NCBI GenBank assembly: GCA_963664395.2
Contig: OY761159.2
Location: forward strand, 3,616,001 to 3,680,000
Origin: Candidatus Binatia bacterium
Lineage (GTDB): Bacteria; Desulfobacterota; Binatia; Bin18
DNA: 64,000 nucleotides
Direction: 5' to 3'
Position 1 is the stretch's first letter, and the number at the start of each line of letters is the position of its first letter. The notes beneath the pieces were generated by a model. It did no database searches. It was given only the letters and a program-made list of their open reading frames with translations, and was not told the origin of the DNA. Both the position numbers and the translations under genes were made by a program. Below are positions 9,392 to 19,920 of the stretch, piece by piece.

Positions 9392-11554
9392 TCAGGAAGC
9401 TGAGTGGGAGCGGTGGTAGTCTGTCACAAGCCGGAGGGCCGCGGCAGCCCGCTCATGGGTGGCCACGGTCGCGATACCATGCTGATGAAACTGGGCCCGG
9501 GCGTGCAGCACACTCGCTTCATGGGCAAACGGTTGCAGCACAACAAAAAAGGGCTTGGCCGAACGCGCGGCAAAGTCACTTAATGTGTCTAACAATGTCG
9601 TCAGCACTTGAGGCCGGGCTTCCCACTGTCCGGCCACTAAGCCGGCTCCCGTATCCATGACGATCGCGTCTATATGCGGGTCACGGTCAAGGATGGAGAG
9701 CAGGCGGTCCAGGGTGTCCGTCATCTGGCCCATCCCAATCGTATGACCGGAATCGAGCGGATTGCGAAAGCTGCCGCCAATGACGTTAAAGAACGAAGAG
9801 AGTTCTTTGTAAGAGGCGTCGCTGAGCAGAGGAACCCGCAGACCGGCAGCGGCAAAGGCATCGGTCATACTGACCGATGGACCCCCCGTCATGGCAATGA
9901 GCCCCACCCCATCTCCGGTTGTTGATTTTGTGAACTGCAGCAGTTTTATGACATCGAGCAGCTCATCAAAACTACGCGCTGCCACTGCCCCGGCCTGACG
10001 GACCATGGCAGCCCATACGGTAGCGGAGACGGCGAGTGAGCCGGTGTGTGACGAGGTGGCCCGTTGGCCCGCCTTGGTCTGCCCACCTTTCCAAATAACA
10101 ACCGGCTTGTGGGGGGTGACCTCGCGGAGCAACGAAAAAAAGCGGCGGCCTTCTCGGACACCCTCAAGGTACATGCCGATAATTTTCGTTTCGTTATCGT
10201 GGGCGAGGTAGTCGAGGTAGTCACTTGCATCGAGGACCGCAGCATTCCCAAAACTGACCGCTTTACTGATATGGAGCCCATGATTGGCGGCTGCCATGCT
10301 GAATGTGATGGTGTGGGTCCCACTCTGGCCGATGAAACCGATTGAGCCTGGTTCTCCGGCCGGCAGGTCCGGGTAATTGCGGAGGCCGATTTTCGGATGG
10401 TAGATGCCCATACAGTTCGGGCCGATAAGGGCGAGTCCGGCCTCTTGGGCGGTGTGGGTTACTATATGCTCCAGGCGTTGTCCCTCTGCGTCCTGTACTT
10501 CGGAGAAGCCCGAGGTGAAGAGCATCACTCCAGCGACTTTTTTGGTGACACACTCAGCAACAATACGCGGGGCGATCTGGCGTGGAACTGCAGTCATGAC
10601 ATAGTCAACGTCTTCTGGAATCGACGCTAGGCTTGGATAGTTTTTGACCCCTAAATCCGTAATGCCCTGGATTTCTCGCTCATCGATCTGGACGGAATAG
10701 ACCGTGCCGCCGAAGGTGCTCTGGCTCCGCAACCACATGTAATTCATCGCGCGTTTATCGCCGATAACGGCGACCGTCCGAGGATTAAACGTTCGCTCCA
10801 AAGACGCCCGGGTCTCGTCCGACAGCGGGCGGGGTAGGGCACTGGGCCCATCAGCGCGGAGGACAGCGTGGGCATCAACGGCGAGACAGCCGTCTGCATA
10901 GGAAAAAACAGGATTGAGGTCGAGTTCTTGGATATCCGGCTGGGCCGCGGCTAAGGCTGACAGAGAAAGGAGGGTCTGCTCCAAAGCGACCAGATCGACT
11001 GCCGCCTGACCGCGATGGCCGGTTAACAAGGGAAATCCGCTGATTTCACGGATCATGCGCGCGGCATCCTGCGGGCGGAGCGGAGCCACCCGGAACGCCA
11101 CATCTTTGAGCACCTCGACATGTACCCCACCCAAGCCAAACATGACGAGCGAGCCGAACTGCGGATCGGATGTCAAACCGATAATGACCTCAACTCCCGG
11201 TCGGGCCATCGGTTGAACACAGACGCCTTCGATGACCGCAGCCGGCTGTGTGTTTTGGACGGCGGTCAGAATGTCATCAAACGCGCGGCGGACGGCATCT
11301 TCTGTGGTGAGGTTGAGTTGCACGCCTCCGCTGTCGCTCTTATGCACAACGTCAGCTGAACTGATCTTGAGCGCAACCGGGAAATCCATATCCCGGGCGA
11401 GAGCTATGGCTTCCTCGGCTGTTCGTGCCAGCTCCGTTCGGACGGTAGAGATGCCGGCTGAGTGGACTAATGCCTTTGCCTCCCCTTCCGTCAGCACGGA
11501 GCGATTCTGCTCTTTTGCGTGTTGAATGATGCTGCGGGCAGTGGTGGCGGCCAT
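9392..11554 (-). CDS. Acyl/acetate-CoA ligase (ADP-forming), beta-alpha fusion
   Basis: N-terminal ATP-grasp (HKSDSGGV, ELDLNP), then CoA-binding (IGPNCMG) and phospho-His SHTGSL. Confidence 0.9.
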   Translation of the reverse strand: MAATTARSIIQHAKEQNRSVLTEGEAKALVHSAGISTVRTELARTAEEAIALARDMDFPVALKISSADVVHKSDSGGVQLNLTTEDAVRRAFDDILTAVQNTQPAAVIEGVCVQPMARPGVEVIIGLTSDPQFGSLVMFGLGGVHVEVLKDVAFRVAPLRPQDAARMIREISGFPLLTGHRGQAAVDLVALEQTLLSLSALAAAQPDIQELDLNPVFSYADGCLAVDAHAVLRADGPSALPRPLSDETRASLERTFNPRTVAVIGDKRAMNYMWLRSQSTFGGTVYSVQIDEREIQGITDLGVKNYPSLASIPEDVDYVMTAVPRQIAPRIVAECVTKKVAGVMLFTSGFSEVQDAEGQRLEHIVTHTAQEAGLALIGPNCMGIYHPKIGLRNYPDLPAGEPGSIGFIGQSGTHTITFSMAAANHGLHISKAVSFGNAAVLDASDYLDYLAHDNETKIIGMYLEGVREGRRFFSLLREVTPHKPVVIWKGGQTKAGQRATSSHTGSLAVSATVWAAMVRQAGAVAARSFDELLDVIKLLQFTKSTTGDGVGLIAMTGGPSVSMTDAFAAAGLRVPLLSDASYKELSSFFNVIGGSFRNPLDSGHTIGMGQMTDTLDRLLSILDRDPHIDAIVMDTGAGLVAGQWEARPQVLTTLLDTLSDFAARSAKPFFVVLQPFAHEASVLHARAQFHQHGIATVATHERAAAALRLVTDYHRSHSAS

Positions 11555-11576
11555 AGGTTCTCTTCCTCTGACTCTC

Positions 11577-12248
11577 TCATTGTTTTTGCTCGACTTGCTT
11601 TCGCAGGGTGGCCAGCTCGTCCCGAATCGCTTGGAGTGGTGAGGCTAATATCCCCTCGACCACTTCCCGGACAAACTTCTCAATATATTTCCCCTGCATA
11701 TCCCCTTCGATATTGACCCGATCTCCGGGCTTGCGCTGATGCAGCGTGGTGACTTCGTGGGTGTGGGGGATAATGGCGCAGGTGAATTCTGTGGATGTAC
11801 AGTGAAAGACCGTCAGACTAATACCATCGACTGCAACCGAGCCTTTCTCCACGAGGTAGCGGCTGAGCTCGGCTGGGAGAGCAAAGGTATACAGAAACGA
11901 ATCGCCTTCCGGTTGAATGGATGTGACGTGTCCTACTCCGTCAACATGACCAAAGACGAGATGGCCGGAGAGACGGTCCTCAAGCCGGAGCGAGCGTTCC
12001 AGATTCACACGCTCGCCGACTTGGAGCTCTCCAAGGGTCGTGCGTCGCAGAGACTCGGCTGAAACGTCAAAGCTGAGTTGGTCTGCCTCAATCGCGGTTA
12101 CGGTCAAGCAGGTCCCATTCGTACAAATGCTCTCGCCCAGGCTGATTTCTTGTGAGGGAATACTCGTCCGCAGTCTGAGGCGAACACCTGCGGCAATGGC
12201 GTCTATCTTCGTGATTGTCCCGGTTGTTTCAATAATGCCGCTGAACAT
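11577..12248 (-). CDS. ribE: Riboflavin synthase alpha chain
   Basis: MFSGIIE start, NGTCLT, NLERSL, GHVDG, KGSVAVDGISLT. Confidence 0.93.
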   Translation of the reverse strand: MFSGIIETTGTITKIDAIAAGVRLRLRTSIPSQEISLGESICTNGTCLTVTAIEADQLSFDVSAESLRRTTLGELQVGERVNLERSLRLEDRLSGHLVFGHVDGVGHVTSIQPEGDSFLYTFALPAELSRYLVEKGSVAVDGISLTVFHCTSTEFTCAIIPHTHEVTTLHQRKPGDRVNIEGDMQGKYIEKFVREVVEGILASPLQAIRDELATLRKQVEQKQ

Positions 12249-12342
12249 AATACCTCGGAAGGATTGGGGAGGGAGTGGGAATGCGGAAGCGTTTCGGGTG
12301 GGATGAGTGTTCCTCCTTTTTGTCCGGCCCCCAACCCCGGTC

Positions 12343-12951
12343 TTAGCCGGCGGCCTGTACGCTCGGCTGCTCTTTGAGTCGGTTGATCCAAGCCTCAAGC
12401 TTGGGATGTGGAATATCGACGTGTAGCTTGGGAAACAGGAGGGCCCACGACACATAGGGAATATCTGCCATGGTCAACGTGGGGCCGACAAGGAAGTCAT
12501 CGTTTCCAAGCTCGTTTGTGAGGTGATCGAAGCAGAGGTTCAAATCCGCGGTCGCTTGCGAGACCACATCTTGGTCAGCTGAGCCTCCCTGCATGGGTTT
12601 GAGCAGGAATTCTCCGACAAGGGTTGCTACGGCGCTCTCATACGGGTTATCGGCATAATGCATGAGCACGCGGGCTCGGGCCCGTTGTCCTAAATCGTCT
12701 GGGAGCAATGGCGGGGTCGGGTACGCGTCGTTCAGGTATTCCATAATAATTGTTGACTCATAGACCGTTGTCCCATTGTCCTGGAGCGCGGGTATTTTCC
12801 CGTAGGGGTTCATTGCTAAATAGGCCGGCGTTTTCTGCTCTCCCTTGGTGATGTCAATCGGGACCTTTTCATACTCCAGCCCCTTTGCTGCGAGGGTAAT
12901 CCGCACCTTACGCGCGCGGGGAGACATGGGAAAATCGTAGAGCTTAATCAT
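12343..12951 (-). CDS. Glutathione S-transferase family protein
   Basis: SPRARKV, NPYGKIPAL, YESTIIMEYL. Confidence 0.9.
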   Translation of the reverse strand: MIKLYDFPMSPRARKVRITLAAKGLEYEKVPIDITKGEQKTPAYLAMNPYGKIPALQDNGTTVYESTIIMEYLNDAYPTPPLLPDDLGQRARARVLMHYADNPYESAVATLVGEFLLKPMQGGSADQDVVSQATADLNLCFDHLTNELGNDDFLVGPTLTMADIPYVSWALLFPKLHVDIPHPKLEAWINRLKEQPSVQAAG

Positions 12952-13195
12952 GGTTGGGCTCTTGTTTGGCCGTTTTTCGACGGTTGATAATTTTCTGAGC
13001 TGTATTTTTGAGACGGAGGTGCCAGCGTTCCGCCCATTTGAAATCTCGACTCAGAATCCCAAAGCTGACAAAAATCAACACAATACCCGGACCGGGAACG
13101 CCGGGCAGGCTGAGAAAAAGCCCCACAAGAAGGAGAACAATCCCGCCAACGATCCGGCAAATCCGCCAGAGCTGATCGCGTGCCGCACGAAGCAT
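12944..13195 (-). CDS. Small membrane protein, PGPGW-domain-like
   Basis: Two TM helices with LPGVPGPG, followed by FKWA. Confidence 0.75.
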   Translation of the reverse strand: MLRAARDQLWRICRIVGGIVLLLVGLFLSLPGVPGPGIVLIFVSFGILSRDFKWAERWHLRLKNTAQKIINRRKTAKQEPNHD

Positions 13196-13229
13196 GCTTG
13201 GTAAACCTGAATAAAGAAGTCAAGGCAGG

Positions 13230-13565
13230 CTAGAGATCATCAAGGATTTTACCACTTCGTGCCTTTTCTACCGTCTCATCGAACTGAGAGCCGAGATCAA
13301 CTCCCATTTCTCTCGCTCGTTTTTTTGCCCACAGGCCAACGTTCCGGTTGTCGCGGTAGAATGCCTCATCTCGCGGGGCATTGGTGTCCAGGTTGTTGAG
13401 GCGAGCCTCTTCACCTTGATGATACGCAAAAGGGGAGAGAATCCGAGTGAGTCGGCGACGCTCACAGTATTGACACCGAGGAGATTTTTTGACGTCTCCT
13501 ATCTTCATGAAAAGCAGACTTTGCTGCCTGTTGCACGCCTGACAGTAGTATTCGTAGATCGGCAT
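13230..13565 (-). CDS. FmdB-family zinc-ribbon regulator
   Basis: MPIYEYYCQAC...CQYC. Confidence 0.8.
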   Translation of the reverse strand: MPIYEYYCQACNRQQSLLFMKIGDVKKSPRCQYCERRRLTRILSPFAYHQGEEARLNNLDTNAPRDEAFYRDNRNVGLWAKKRAREMGVDLGSQFDETVEKARSGKILDDL

Positions 13566-13709
13566 AGTGTTTCTATCCCCTATCATACCTCTGTCAGAGG
13601 TGCTATAGAGCGGCTCTATTTCACCCTTCTTGGACGAGCGGCTGGAACTGTTGGGGGGAGTGGTGGCAGAAGATGCTGGCGAGAGAAAGCCTGCGCTGGG
13701 ATTAGAAGC

Positions 13710-14489
13710 GTGCCCTACTTCGAAAAAGAGCGCCAAGGTCCATACTTCCCGTGGATGAATCATGCCCTCATGGGGGTGATCCTGGGCTGCTTTGCCTATG
13801 AGCTCACCCTTGGCCCGGCATTCCAGTCTTTCCTCATGACCCATGGCTGGGTTCCTGCACAATTTTCTCTGGCTCTCACGCAGGGACAGTTTCCCTTCTC
13901 TCCCTCGCTTGTCATCTGTATATTCCTGCATGGTGGATGGCTTCATCTGATCGGCAATCTCCTGTGCCTGTTCCTTCTCGGGAACGTAGTAGAGGAGCGA
14001 TTAGGGGCAGTCCGCTACCTGGTGCTGTATCTCTGTGGAAGCATCATCGCCTTATTAACCCAGGCCGCGATTGCGCCGTTCTCCTCGGCGCCAATGATAG
14101 GCTCGAGCGGGGCGATCTCGGCAGTCGCGGGCGTCTATTGTCTACTTTTTTTCTCAACCCAAGCGCCCGCCCAAGAGCCCGATGACACTGCGCCTCCCTC
14201 TCCCTGGCCTCTTGAAGGAACTCCTACGATCCTCTTCTTGATCGGCTGGTTCTTCTTCCACTTGGTCGTTGGTGTCTATGCCTACACTATTGAGGAAACC
14301 CCATTATTATTGACCCGTATTGCCTGGGGTGCCCATATCGGAGGCTTTCTCGGCGGCACGGCCCTCGGTTCGCTGCTCTTGTCTTCTCCAGAAAGACATC
14401 GTCGCAGGCCCACTGTCGGGGCCTCACCACTTGTGTTTGATCGACCCAAGTCTCTGCCCCGCCGGCGTAGGGGCGAATTCTTCTCGTGA
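13710..14489 (+). CDS. Rhomboid intramembrane protease (start estimated at GTG 13710)
   Basis: FLHGGWLHLIGN, GSSG catalytic Ser, AHIGG. Confidence 0.85.
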   Translation: MPYFEKERQGPYFPWMNHALMGVILGCFAYELTLGPAFQSFLMTHGWVPAQFSLALTQGQFPFSPSLVICIFLHGGWLHLIGNLLCLFLLGNVVEERLGAVRYLVLYLCGSIIALLTQAAIAPFSSAPMIGSSGAISAVAGVYCLLFFSTQAPAQEPDDTAPPSPWPLEGTPTILFLIGWFFFHLVVGVYAYTIEETPLLLTRIAWGAHIGGFLGGTALGSLLLSSPERHRRRPTVGASPLVFDRPKSLPRRRRGEFFS

Positions 14490-14529
14490 GGATGGGCAAT
14501 GTCCTCTCGCTTCGTGAGATGAGGCTCGT

Positions 14530-15018
14530 TTAGTTTAATTGAGCGGAAAGGGCGGCAAGGGTCCGGCGAGCGGTCCGTGAGCGGGGCTCAATCTCAAGCG
14601 CTCTCCCAAATTCTCGTGCTGCCCGGAGCAGATCTCTTTTTGCGAGAGCAATCCGGCCCAGGTTCAGATGTGGATAATGGGGCGTGTCATAATGGGTCGC
14701 TTCTGTTGCGTGCTCTAACCATGGGACGGCGTCATCAAGCTTGCCCATCTTCATGAGATAGAGACCGACGTCATTGTATGGATTGCCAAACTCAGGGCTG
14801 ATTGCAATTGCAGTGCGGCATTCTTCAATTGCGTCTTCGTAACGATGGAGAAAACTATACGTCCAACCGAGAGAGGTATGCGCCTCTGCGGTCGGATAGA
14901 GTCGAATGGACTCCTGGTAGAAACGCATGGCATCTCCCAGATCTCCTTGTCTTTGCGCCTGATAGCCTTTGTATAAGAGTGCCGATGCCTTTTCCTCGCG
15001 GCCTTTCGTTGTGTCCAT
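14530..15018 (-). CDS. TPR protein
   Basis: Successive TPR helices (AHTSLGW, PYNDVG, PHLNLG). Confidence 0.8.
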   Translation of the reverse strand: MDTTKGREEKASALLYKGYQAQRQGDLGDAMRFYQESIRLYPTAEAHTSLGWTYSFLHRYEDAIEECRTAIAISPEFGNPYNDVGLYLMKMGKLDDAVPWLEHATEATHYDTPHYPHLNLGRIALAKRDLLRAAREFGRALEIEPRSRTARRTLAALSAQLN

Positions 15019-15059
15019 ATGCCTTGTTCCTTTGGGGAGCGTTATCAGTAATGTGTGTC

Positions 15060-15824
15060 TTATTTGTTTGCTGTCAAGTCCAATTTGTTTGAGGAAGGAT
15101 TTGAAGAAGAATGTGGCGTTGTGAAGTGGAAGTAGAGAGAGAGGGCGGTGTAGTAGAGCGGATAGTACAGAGAAGCAACCACAAGCCAGGGGTGGGCATG
15201 CGGAAGCTGAGAGAGAAGGACCAGCAGGACGCCAACCCAAATGGCAGCCAGGATATTAGTCAAGAGGCGTAGGCGAACCGTACGCGTCGGGTAAATATAG
15301 CGAATAGGAATAAAGACGCCGATGGCAAGGAGCATCACCAGGCTGCCATTCAGCCAAATGGGCGTACCGCCTGCGTAGAGATAGAACGCTACGATATTCC
15401 AGTAGGAGGGAAAGCCGGTAAAAAAGAAATCTTGTGTTTTGGCCTCTGCCTGACAAAAGCCATACGCGCTGGCAAGGAGCACCGCTGCCACGAAGAGCAG
15501 CGTGCCGGAAGCCGGAAGCAACTGAAACTGGTAGAGAAAAACAACTGGAACAATGACGTAGGTAAAATAGTCAACAATGTCGTCCAACTTGGCGCCGTCA
15601 AACCAGGGTAAAATACGTTTCACCTGGACGGCTCGGGCCAGAACGCCATCGGTCGCATCAATGAGCACCGCGACTAACATCCAGACAAATGCCTGGCGTG
15701 CATTGCCCACGAAAAGAGCCTGGAGAGAGAGAAATCCGGCGATTAAACCGGAGGCGGTGTAGGCGTGGACTGCCCAAGCGGCAAAAAGACGCACCCGGGA
15801 AATACGGGGGGTGGGGCTGTTCAC
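15060..15824 (-). CDS. pcs: Phosphatidylcholine synthase-like CDP-alcohol phosphatidyltransferase
   Basis: WAVHAYTASG, DATDGVLAR...DGAKLDDIVDY, FTGFPSYWN. Confidence 0.72.
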   Translation of the reverse strand: MNSPTPRISRVRLFAAWAVHAYTASGLIAGFLSLQALFVGNARQAFVWMLVAVLIDATDGVLARAVQVKRILPWFDGAKLDDIVDYFTYVIVPVVFLYQFQLLPASGTLLFVAAVLLASAYGFCQAEAKTQDFFFTGFPSYWNIVAFYLYAGGTPIWLNGSLVMLLAIGVFIPIRYIYPTRTVRLRLLTNILAAIWVGVLLVLLSQLPHAHPWLVVASLYYPLYYTALSLYFHFTTPHSSSNPSSNKLDLTANK

Positions 15825-15825
15825 T

Positions 15826-16236
15826 TCATGTGACGCGCTGTGGGCTGAGGGTGGGTTCATACAAAATTTGAATGATGGTGCCATCCGGATCTGCGCAGTA
15901 AAGGGAGCGGCTGCCATCACGATGGGTCCGGACTGGTTTGACGATAGGGACACCGCGCGTCTCTAGTATTTCGGCGGCTCGGTCAACATCGTCTCTCTGC
16001 GGAACAATAAACCCGATGTGGTCGAGGAGCTGCCCCTCTCGGTCCCATCGGGGCGTCGCCCTATGCAGGGCCAGATTATCACAGCCCGAGGAGAGGTAGG
16101 CATTATCCGGGTCAGGCTGCCAGACGACCTGCATCCCAAACAGGGTCGTGTAGAACTCGACCGAGATGGCAACATCCGCCACATTAAGGGCAATATGTCG
16201 CAAGCCGGAATGGGGAATCGTTGACTCAGAGGCCAT
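15826..16236 (-). CDS. VOC/glyoxalase family protein
   Basis: RHIALNV, DHIGF, DPDG. Confidence 0.85.
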   Translation of the reverse strand: MASESTIPHSGLRHIALNVADVAISVEFYTTLFGMQVVWQPDPDNAYLSSGCDNLALHRATPRWDREGQLLDHIGFIVPQRDDVDRAAEILETRGVPIVKPVRTHRDGSRSLYCADPDGTIIQILYEPTLSPQRVT

Positions 16237-16296
16237 GGATGTCTGTCCTGCAACTGTGGGTATTGTGACAAATCCGATCCGCGTTGGGTAGAGCGG

Positions 16297-17445
16297 CTAC
16301 GATTTTTTGAGAAAAATATACAATTCGCCGCGCTGGGCCATAAGGCCGGCTTCCGGTTGCGGCCCACTCCCCCAATAGATATCCGCGCGTCCGGGGCCGG
16401 TAATGGCTGCGCCACGATCTTGCAAGGCCACAAAACGCGAAAAGGGTTGCCATGAGACCTGTCCGGTCCCATTCAGGCGGGGCTTGGTCGTGCGGATAAA
16501 GCCGACCGCACCCGGTGGATACCAGCCGGGATCGATCGCGATTGAGCGGCCCGGTGTCAGCGGGACGCCCAAGCTGCCCAGCGGCCCGGCAGAGACAACG
16601 CGAAAGAAAATATAGCGGCTATTCTGGAACAAGATCATATCTTGTTCGGTTGGATGTCGCTGCAAATAGCGACGGATGGCTTGGGCCGATGCCTCTCCGG
16701 GCTGGAGCTTGCCTTGACTGAGGAGCAGTTTACCGATGCTCTGGTACGGCCATCCGTTCGAGGCTGCATAGCCGACCCGAAACCAGGCGCCGTCCGGAAG
16801 ACGGATTTTCCCGGAGCCTTGGATGTGGAGAAAAAAACGCTCAACGGGGTCATCAAGCCAGACGATCTCTTTGTGCTGCTGTGCGAGAATATGGCGACCA
16901 TCAATCTGAGCCCGAGAGAAGTAGGGGACAAGTTTCCCATTCGCGACGCGGCCGTACACTTTCTCCTCAAAGGGCCGGGGCGCAAATTGGGAGGTATCAA
17001 CCTCTACTAAATCGGTTGGACGCCGATACAAGGGGTAACGATAGCGCTCGGTGCGGAGAAAGCTGCCCCGTAGTTCGGGTTCATGGTAGCCGGTGAAAAG
17101 AACTGGTTCTGTCGCACGATACAGGTCAAATTCCCGCCGTACCCCCATAGCCAGGTCCCCGGGCTGGTCGAGGAGGGCAAGAAACGCGTCGAGACTGTCG
17201 CGGAGCCGGGCGACACTGACACGTTTCTGTCCAAAGGAAAAGGCTTGGGAGCTCGGCTTATGCTCCAGGGCTGTCAGGCTGTGTTGGAGCACGGCCTTGA
17301 GGGATCTTCGGTCAAGATCGTCCACTAAAGGCGGGATCTGATTGGCGGGTAGAAGCGTCAGCGTGGGCTCAGCATGGCTGGATGTACCATGCAGCAGGAG
17401 AGTAAAAAACCACAGCAGGAAAAGAGGGCTCGCGGCCGTTCGCAT
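16297..17445 (-). CDS. mltA: Lytic murein transglycosylase MltA
   Basis: FTGYHEP, HIQGSG, QDRGAAITGPGRADIYWG. Confidence 0.9.
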   Translation of the reverse strand: MRTAASPLFLLWFFTLLLHGTSSHAEPTLTLLPANQIPPLVDDLDRRSLKAVLQHSLTALEHKPSSQAFSFGQKRVSVARLRDSLDAFLALLDQPGDLAMGVRREFDLYRATEPVLFTGYHEPELRGSFLRTERYRYPLYRRPTDLVEVDTSQFAPRPFEEKVYGRVANGKLVPYFSRAQIDGRHILAQQHKEIVWLDDPVERFFLHIQGSGKIRLPDGAWFRVGYAASNGWPYQSIGKLLLSQGKLQPGEASAQAIRRYLQRHPTEQDMILFQNSRYIFFRVVSAGPLGSLGVPLTPGRSIAIDPGWYPPGAVGFIRTTKPRLNGTGQVSWQPFSRFVALQDRGAAITGPGRADIYWGSGPQPEAGLMAQRGELYIFLKKS

Positions 17446-17547
17446 TGTTCCTCGCTCCTCTCCTCCTCTGTCATCTGGGAAGGAATGTGAAGGCGGTCAT
17501 GGTGAGGTCTCTCACCAGACCTCAGGGGTATTGAGTCGCGTTATGCG

Positions 17548-18729
17548 CTAACTCGTGGCGTATACTTCTTGCGCCGCGCTGACGCCAGCCCCGGTCGCGC
17601 AGGCATGGCCATTTCTCTGTAATACGGCCTCCAGTGCGCTTAAAACGAGCAGAACATTACCGCGCGTACTGGATTCGCCCATCAGGCCGATGCGCCAGAC
17701 TTTTCCTGCGAACACTCCCAAGCCGGCGCCAATCTCAATATTGTACTCAGCGAGGAGGTGCTTCCGAACGGTCGCGTCGTCAATGCCCTCAGGAATGGTG
17801 ACACTGTTGAGCATCCAGAGGCGATATCCTTCCTGGGCGGCAAGTTGCATCCCCAGCGCGTTGAGGCCGGCAGCGAGGGCCAAATGATTGCGCTCGTGGC
17901 GGCGAAAACGTGCTTCCAAACCTTCTTCGGAGATCAGCCGCAAGGCTTCCCGCAGGGCGTAGTTCATAGAGATAGGGGCGGTGTGATGGTACACCCGTTC
18001 CTCACCCCAATATTTCTCAAGCAGGGTCAGGTCCAGATACCAGCTCTGAACCTTCTGTTTTCGGTTACGCAACACCGCTTGGGCAGCCGGGCTGAAGGTG
18101 ACGGGCGAGAGGCCCGGCGGACAGCTCAGACACTTCTGAGTGCCGCTATAACACACATCAATCTGCCATTCGTCTATTTTCAGGGGACAGCCTCCGAGCG
18201 AAGTAACGGCATCGACCAGAAAGAGCGCACCCGTCTCATGGACAAGTGGCGCGATGTCTTCCAAAGGCTGCCAGGCTCCGGTTGATGTCTCGGCATTGAC
18301 GAGAGCGACCAGCTTCGGCCGAGTGCAGCGTTTGAGGGCCGTGCGGACATCGTCCGGGCGAAAGACGTGCCCCCAGGGAGCTTCCATCACAATGGGCGTT
18401 CCGCCACAGCGTTCCACTACATCGACCATGCGGGTACCGAACACGCCGTTGACGCCGATGACGACCTCATCTCCAGGCTCGACCATGTTCACAAAGCAGG
18501 TTTCCATGCCGGCGCTACCGGTGCCTGAAATCGGGAGAGTGAGGGCATTCGATGTTTGGAATACAAACCGGAGGAGTGCTTTTGTCTCTTCCATCAGCCG
18601 AATGAACTCCGGGTCAAGGTGACCAATGAGCGGGGTGGACAGGGCACGCAGTACCCGAGGATGGACGTTGCTCGGACCGGGGCCCAACAAGGTTCTGGGG
18701 GGCGGGGATAACTCACCACAGGTTTCCAT
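17548..18729 (-). CDS. Alanine-glyoxylate/serine-pyruvate aminotransferase (class V)
   Basis: LLGPGPS, GTGSAGME, SGTQKCL, YHHT. Confidence 0.92.
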   Translation of the reverse strand: METCGELSPPPRTLLGPGPSNVHPRVLRALSTPLIGHLDPEFIRLMEETKALLRFVFQTSNALTLPISGTGSAGMETCFVNMVEPGDEVVIGVNGVFGTRMVDVVERCGGTPIVMEAPWGHVFRPDDVRTALKRCTRPKLVALVNAETSTGAWQPLEDIAPLVHETGALFLVDAVTSLGGCPLKIDEWQIDVCYSGTQKCLSCPPGLSPVTFSPAAQAVLRNRKQKVQSWYLDLTLLEKYWGEERVYHHTAPISMNYALREALRLISEEGLEARFRRHERNHLALAAGLNALGMQLAAQEGYRLWMLNSVTIPEGIDDATVRKHLLAEYNIEIGAGLGVFAGKVWRIGLMGESSTRGNVLLVLSALEAVLQRNGHACATGAGVSAAQEVYATS

Positions 18730-18960
18730 ACACTTCCTCTCTTGTCTGTTTCACGAGTGACGAAAAAATCGCGGCCACGTTACCATGCTCAGCCAGGTGA
18801 GAAAAGTCTGGGAGACGCGGGTCGCCGCACTCCACCACTGTGCAACAAACCGCTGGAAAACATTCTCCCTGAGGCAGACAGCCCGAAAATTTTTTGTTAC
18901 AACCCTGAGACACACCACTCTGTTGACGGTGCCGGCATGGGGAGGGGAGAGGGGGACGGA

Positions 18961-19848
18961 ATGACCGTGACGATTCGCCAGATGCAAGCAGGGGATATCC
19001 CTCGCGTTGGGGCAATCATGGTTACCGCCTTTAACGCCGTCTTTCGCCGCCACGGCTACCCCGAGCCGTTTCCGTCGCCAGATGTCGGGATATCCATCGC
19101 GCAGGGATATGCGCGGCTTGAGCCAAAGGAATGTTTCACCGCGCTCCACGATGGACAGATTGTTGGGTCCGGGTTCATCCATATCCGAGGCGCTACGGCC
19201 GGTATTGGCCCTATTACTGTTGATCCGCTCGCGCAAGCCAAAGGGGCCGGGCGAGCACTTATGCATGCCGTGATTGAGGCGGGCGGCGCGTGTCCTTCGC
19301 TCCGGCTGGTACAAGATGCCTTCAACGTTGTGTCCTTTCCATTGTATAGCACGCTCGGTTTTGAGGCGCGTGAAACGATCGTTTCATTAGTTGGGGGTGA
19401 CATGCAGGCGGACGTTCCGGGTGAGGTCGAAATCCGGGAGTGGCTGGCGGAGGATATCGAACCACTGGCTGAACTTGACGCGCACTTGACTGGTATCGCA
19501 CGTGAACAGGATATGCGATTTTTCCACGCCCAGCCGCCGCATATTGCTGCCCTCGTTAACGGGAAGCTGGTGGGCTATCTGTGTTTCCTCCGAACAGGGG
19601 CTGGTACGTTTTTCGGCCCTGCTGCGGCAACCCAACCGTCGGTCTTACGCGCGTTGATTCTGTCTGCGGCCGAGCGTGAGCGGGGGAAGGCCCTGCGTAT
19701 GCGTTTTCCCACACGCCATGCCGCATTATTACGAGAATTACTTGCCGGAGGATTTCAGGTTGAAACCCTCCAGACATATATGGTTCGTGGGACGTGGCAG
19801 GCCCCACCCGGGGTGGAGCTGTTGGCCCTCTTTCCGGAGGCGTTGTAA
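18961..19848 (+). CDS. Tandem GNAT acetyltransferase
   Basis: VDPLAQAKGAGRAL, LYSTLGF. Confidence 0.8.
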   Translation: MTVTIRQMQAGDIPRVGAIMVTAFNAVFRRHGYPEPFPSPDVGISIAQGYARLEPKECFTALHDGQIVGSGFIHIRGATAGIGPITVDPLAQAKGAGRALMHAVIEAGGACPSLRLVQDAFNVVSFPLYSTLGFEARETIVSLVGGDMQADVPGEVEIREWLAEDIEPLAELDAHLTGIAREQDMRFFHAQPPHIAALVNGKLVGYLCFLRTGAGTFFGPAAATQPSVLRALILSAAERERGKALRMRFPTRHAALLRELLAGGFQVETLQTYMVRGTWQAPPGVELLALFPEAL

Positions 19849-19920
19849 TGAGTACACGTACCAACATCGGTATGTCTGTTGAGGGCACGTGTACTCATGA
19901 GGGACAAAAAAGAAGCGTAT

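Noticed and set aside
9392-11554. Reversed (beta-alpha) domain order in the acyl-CoA ligase as a novelty
   Set aside because: Domain shuffling, including this order, is already known in NDP-forming acyl-CoA synthetases.
13416-13946. Long overlap of rhomboid and FmdB ORFs
   Set aside because: Artefact of longest-ORF starts; the likely starts (13565, ~13710) do not overlap.
17501-17524. Palindrome TGAGGTCT-CTCACC-AGACCTCA
   Set aside because: Single short hairpin with no U-tract and no second copy; function unsupported.
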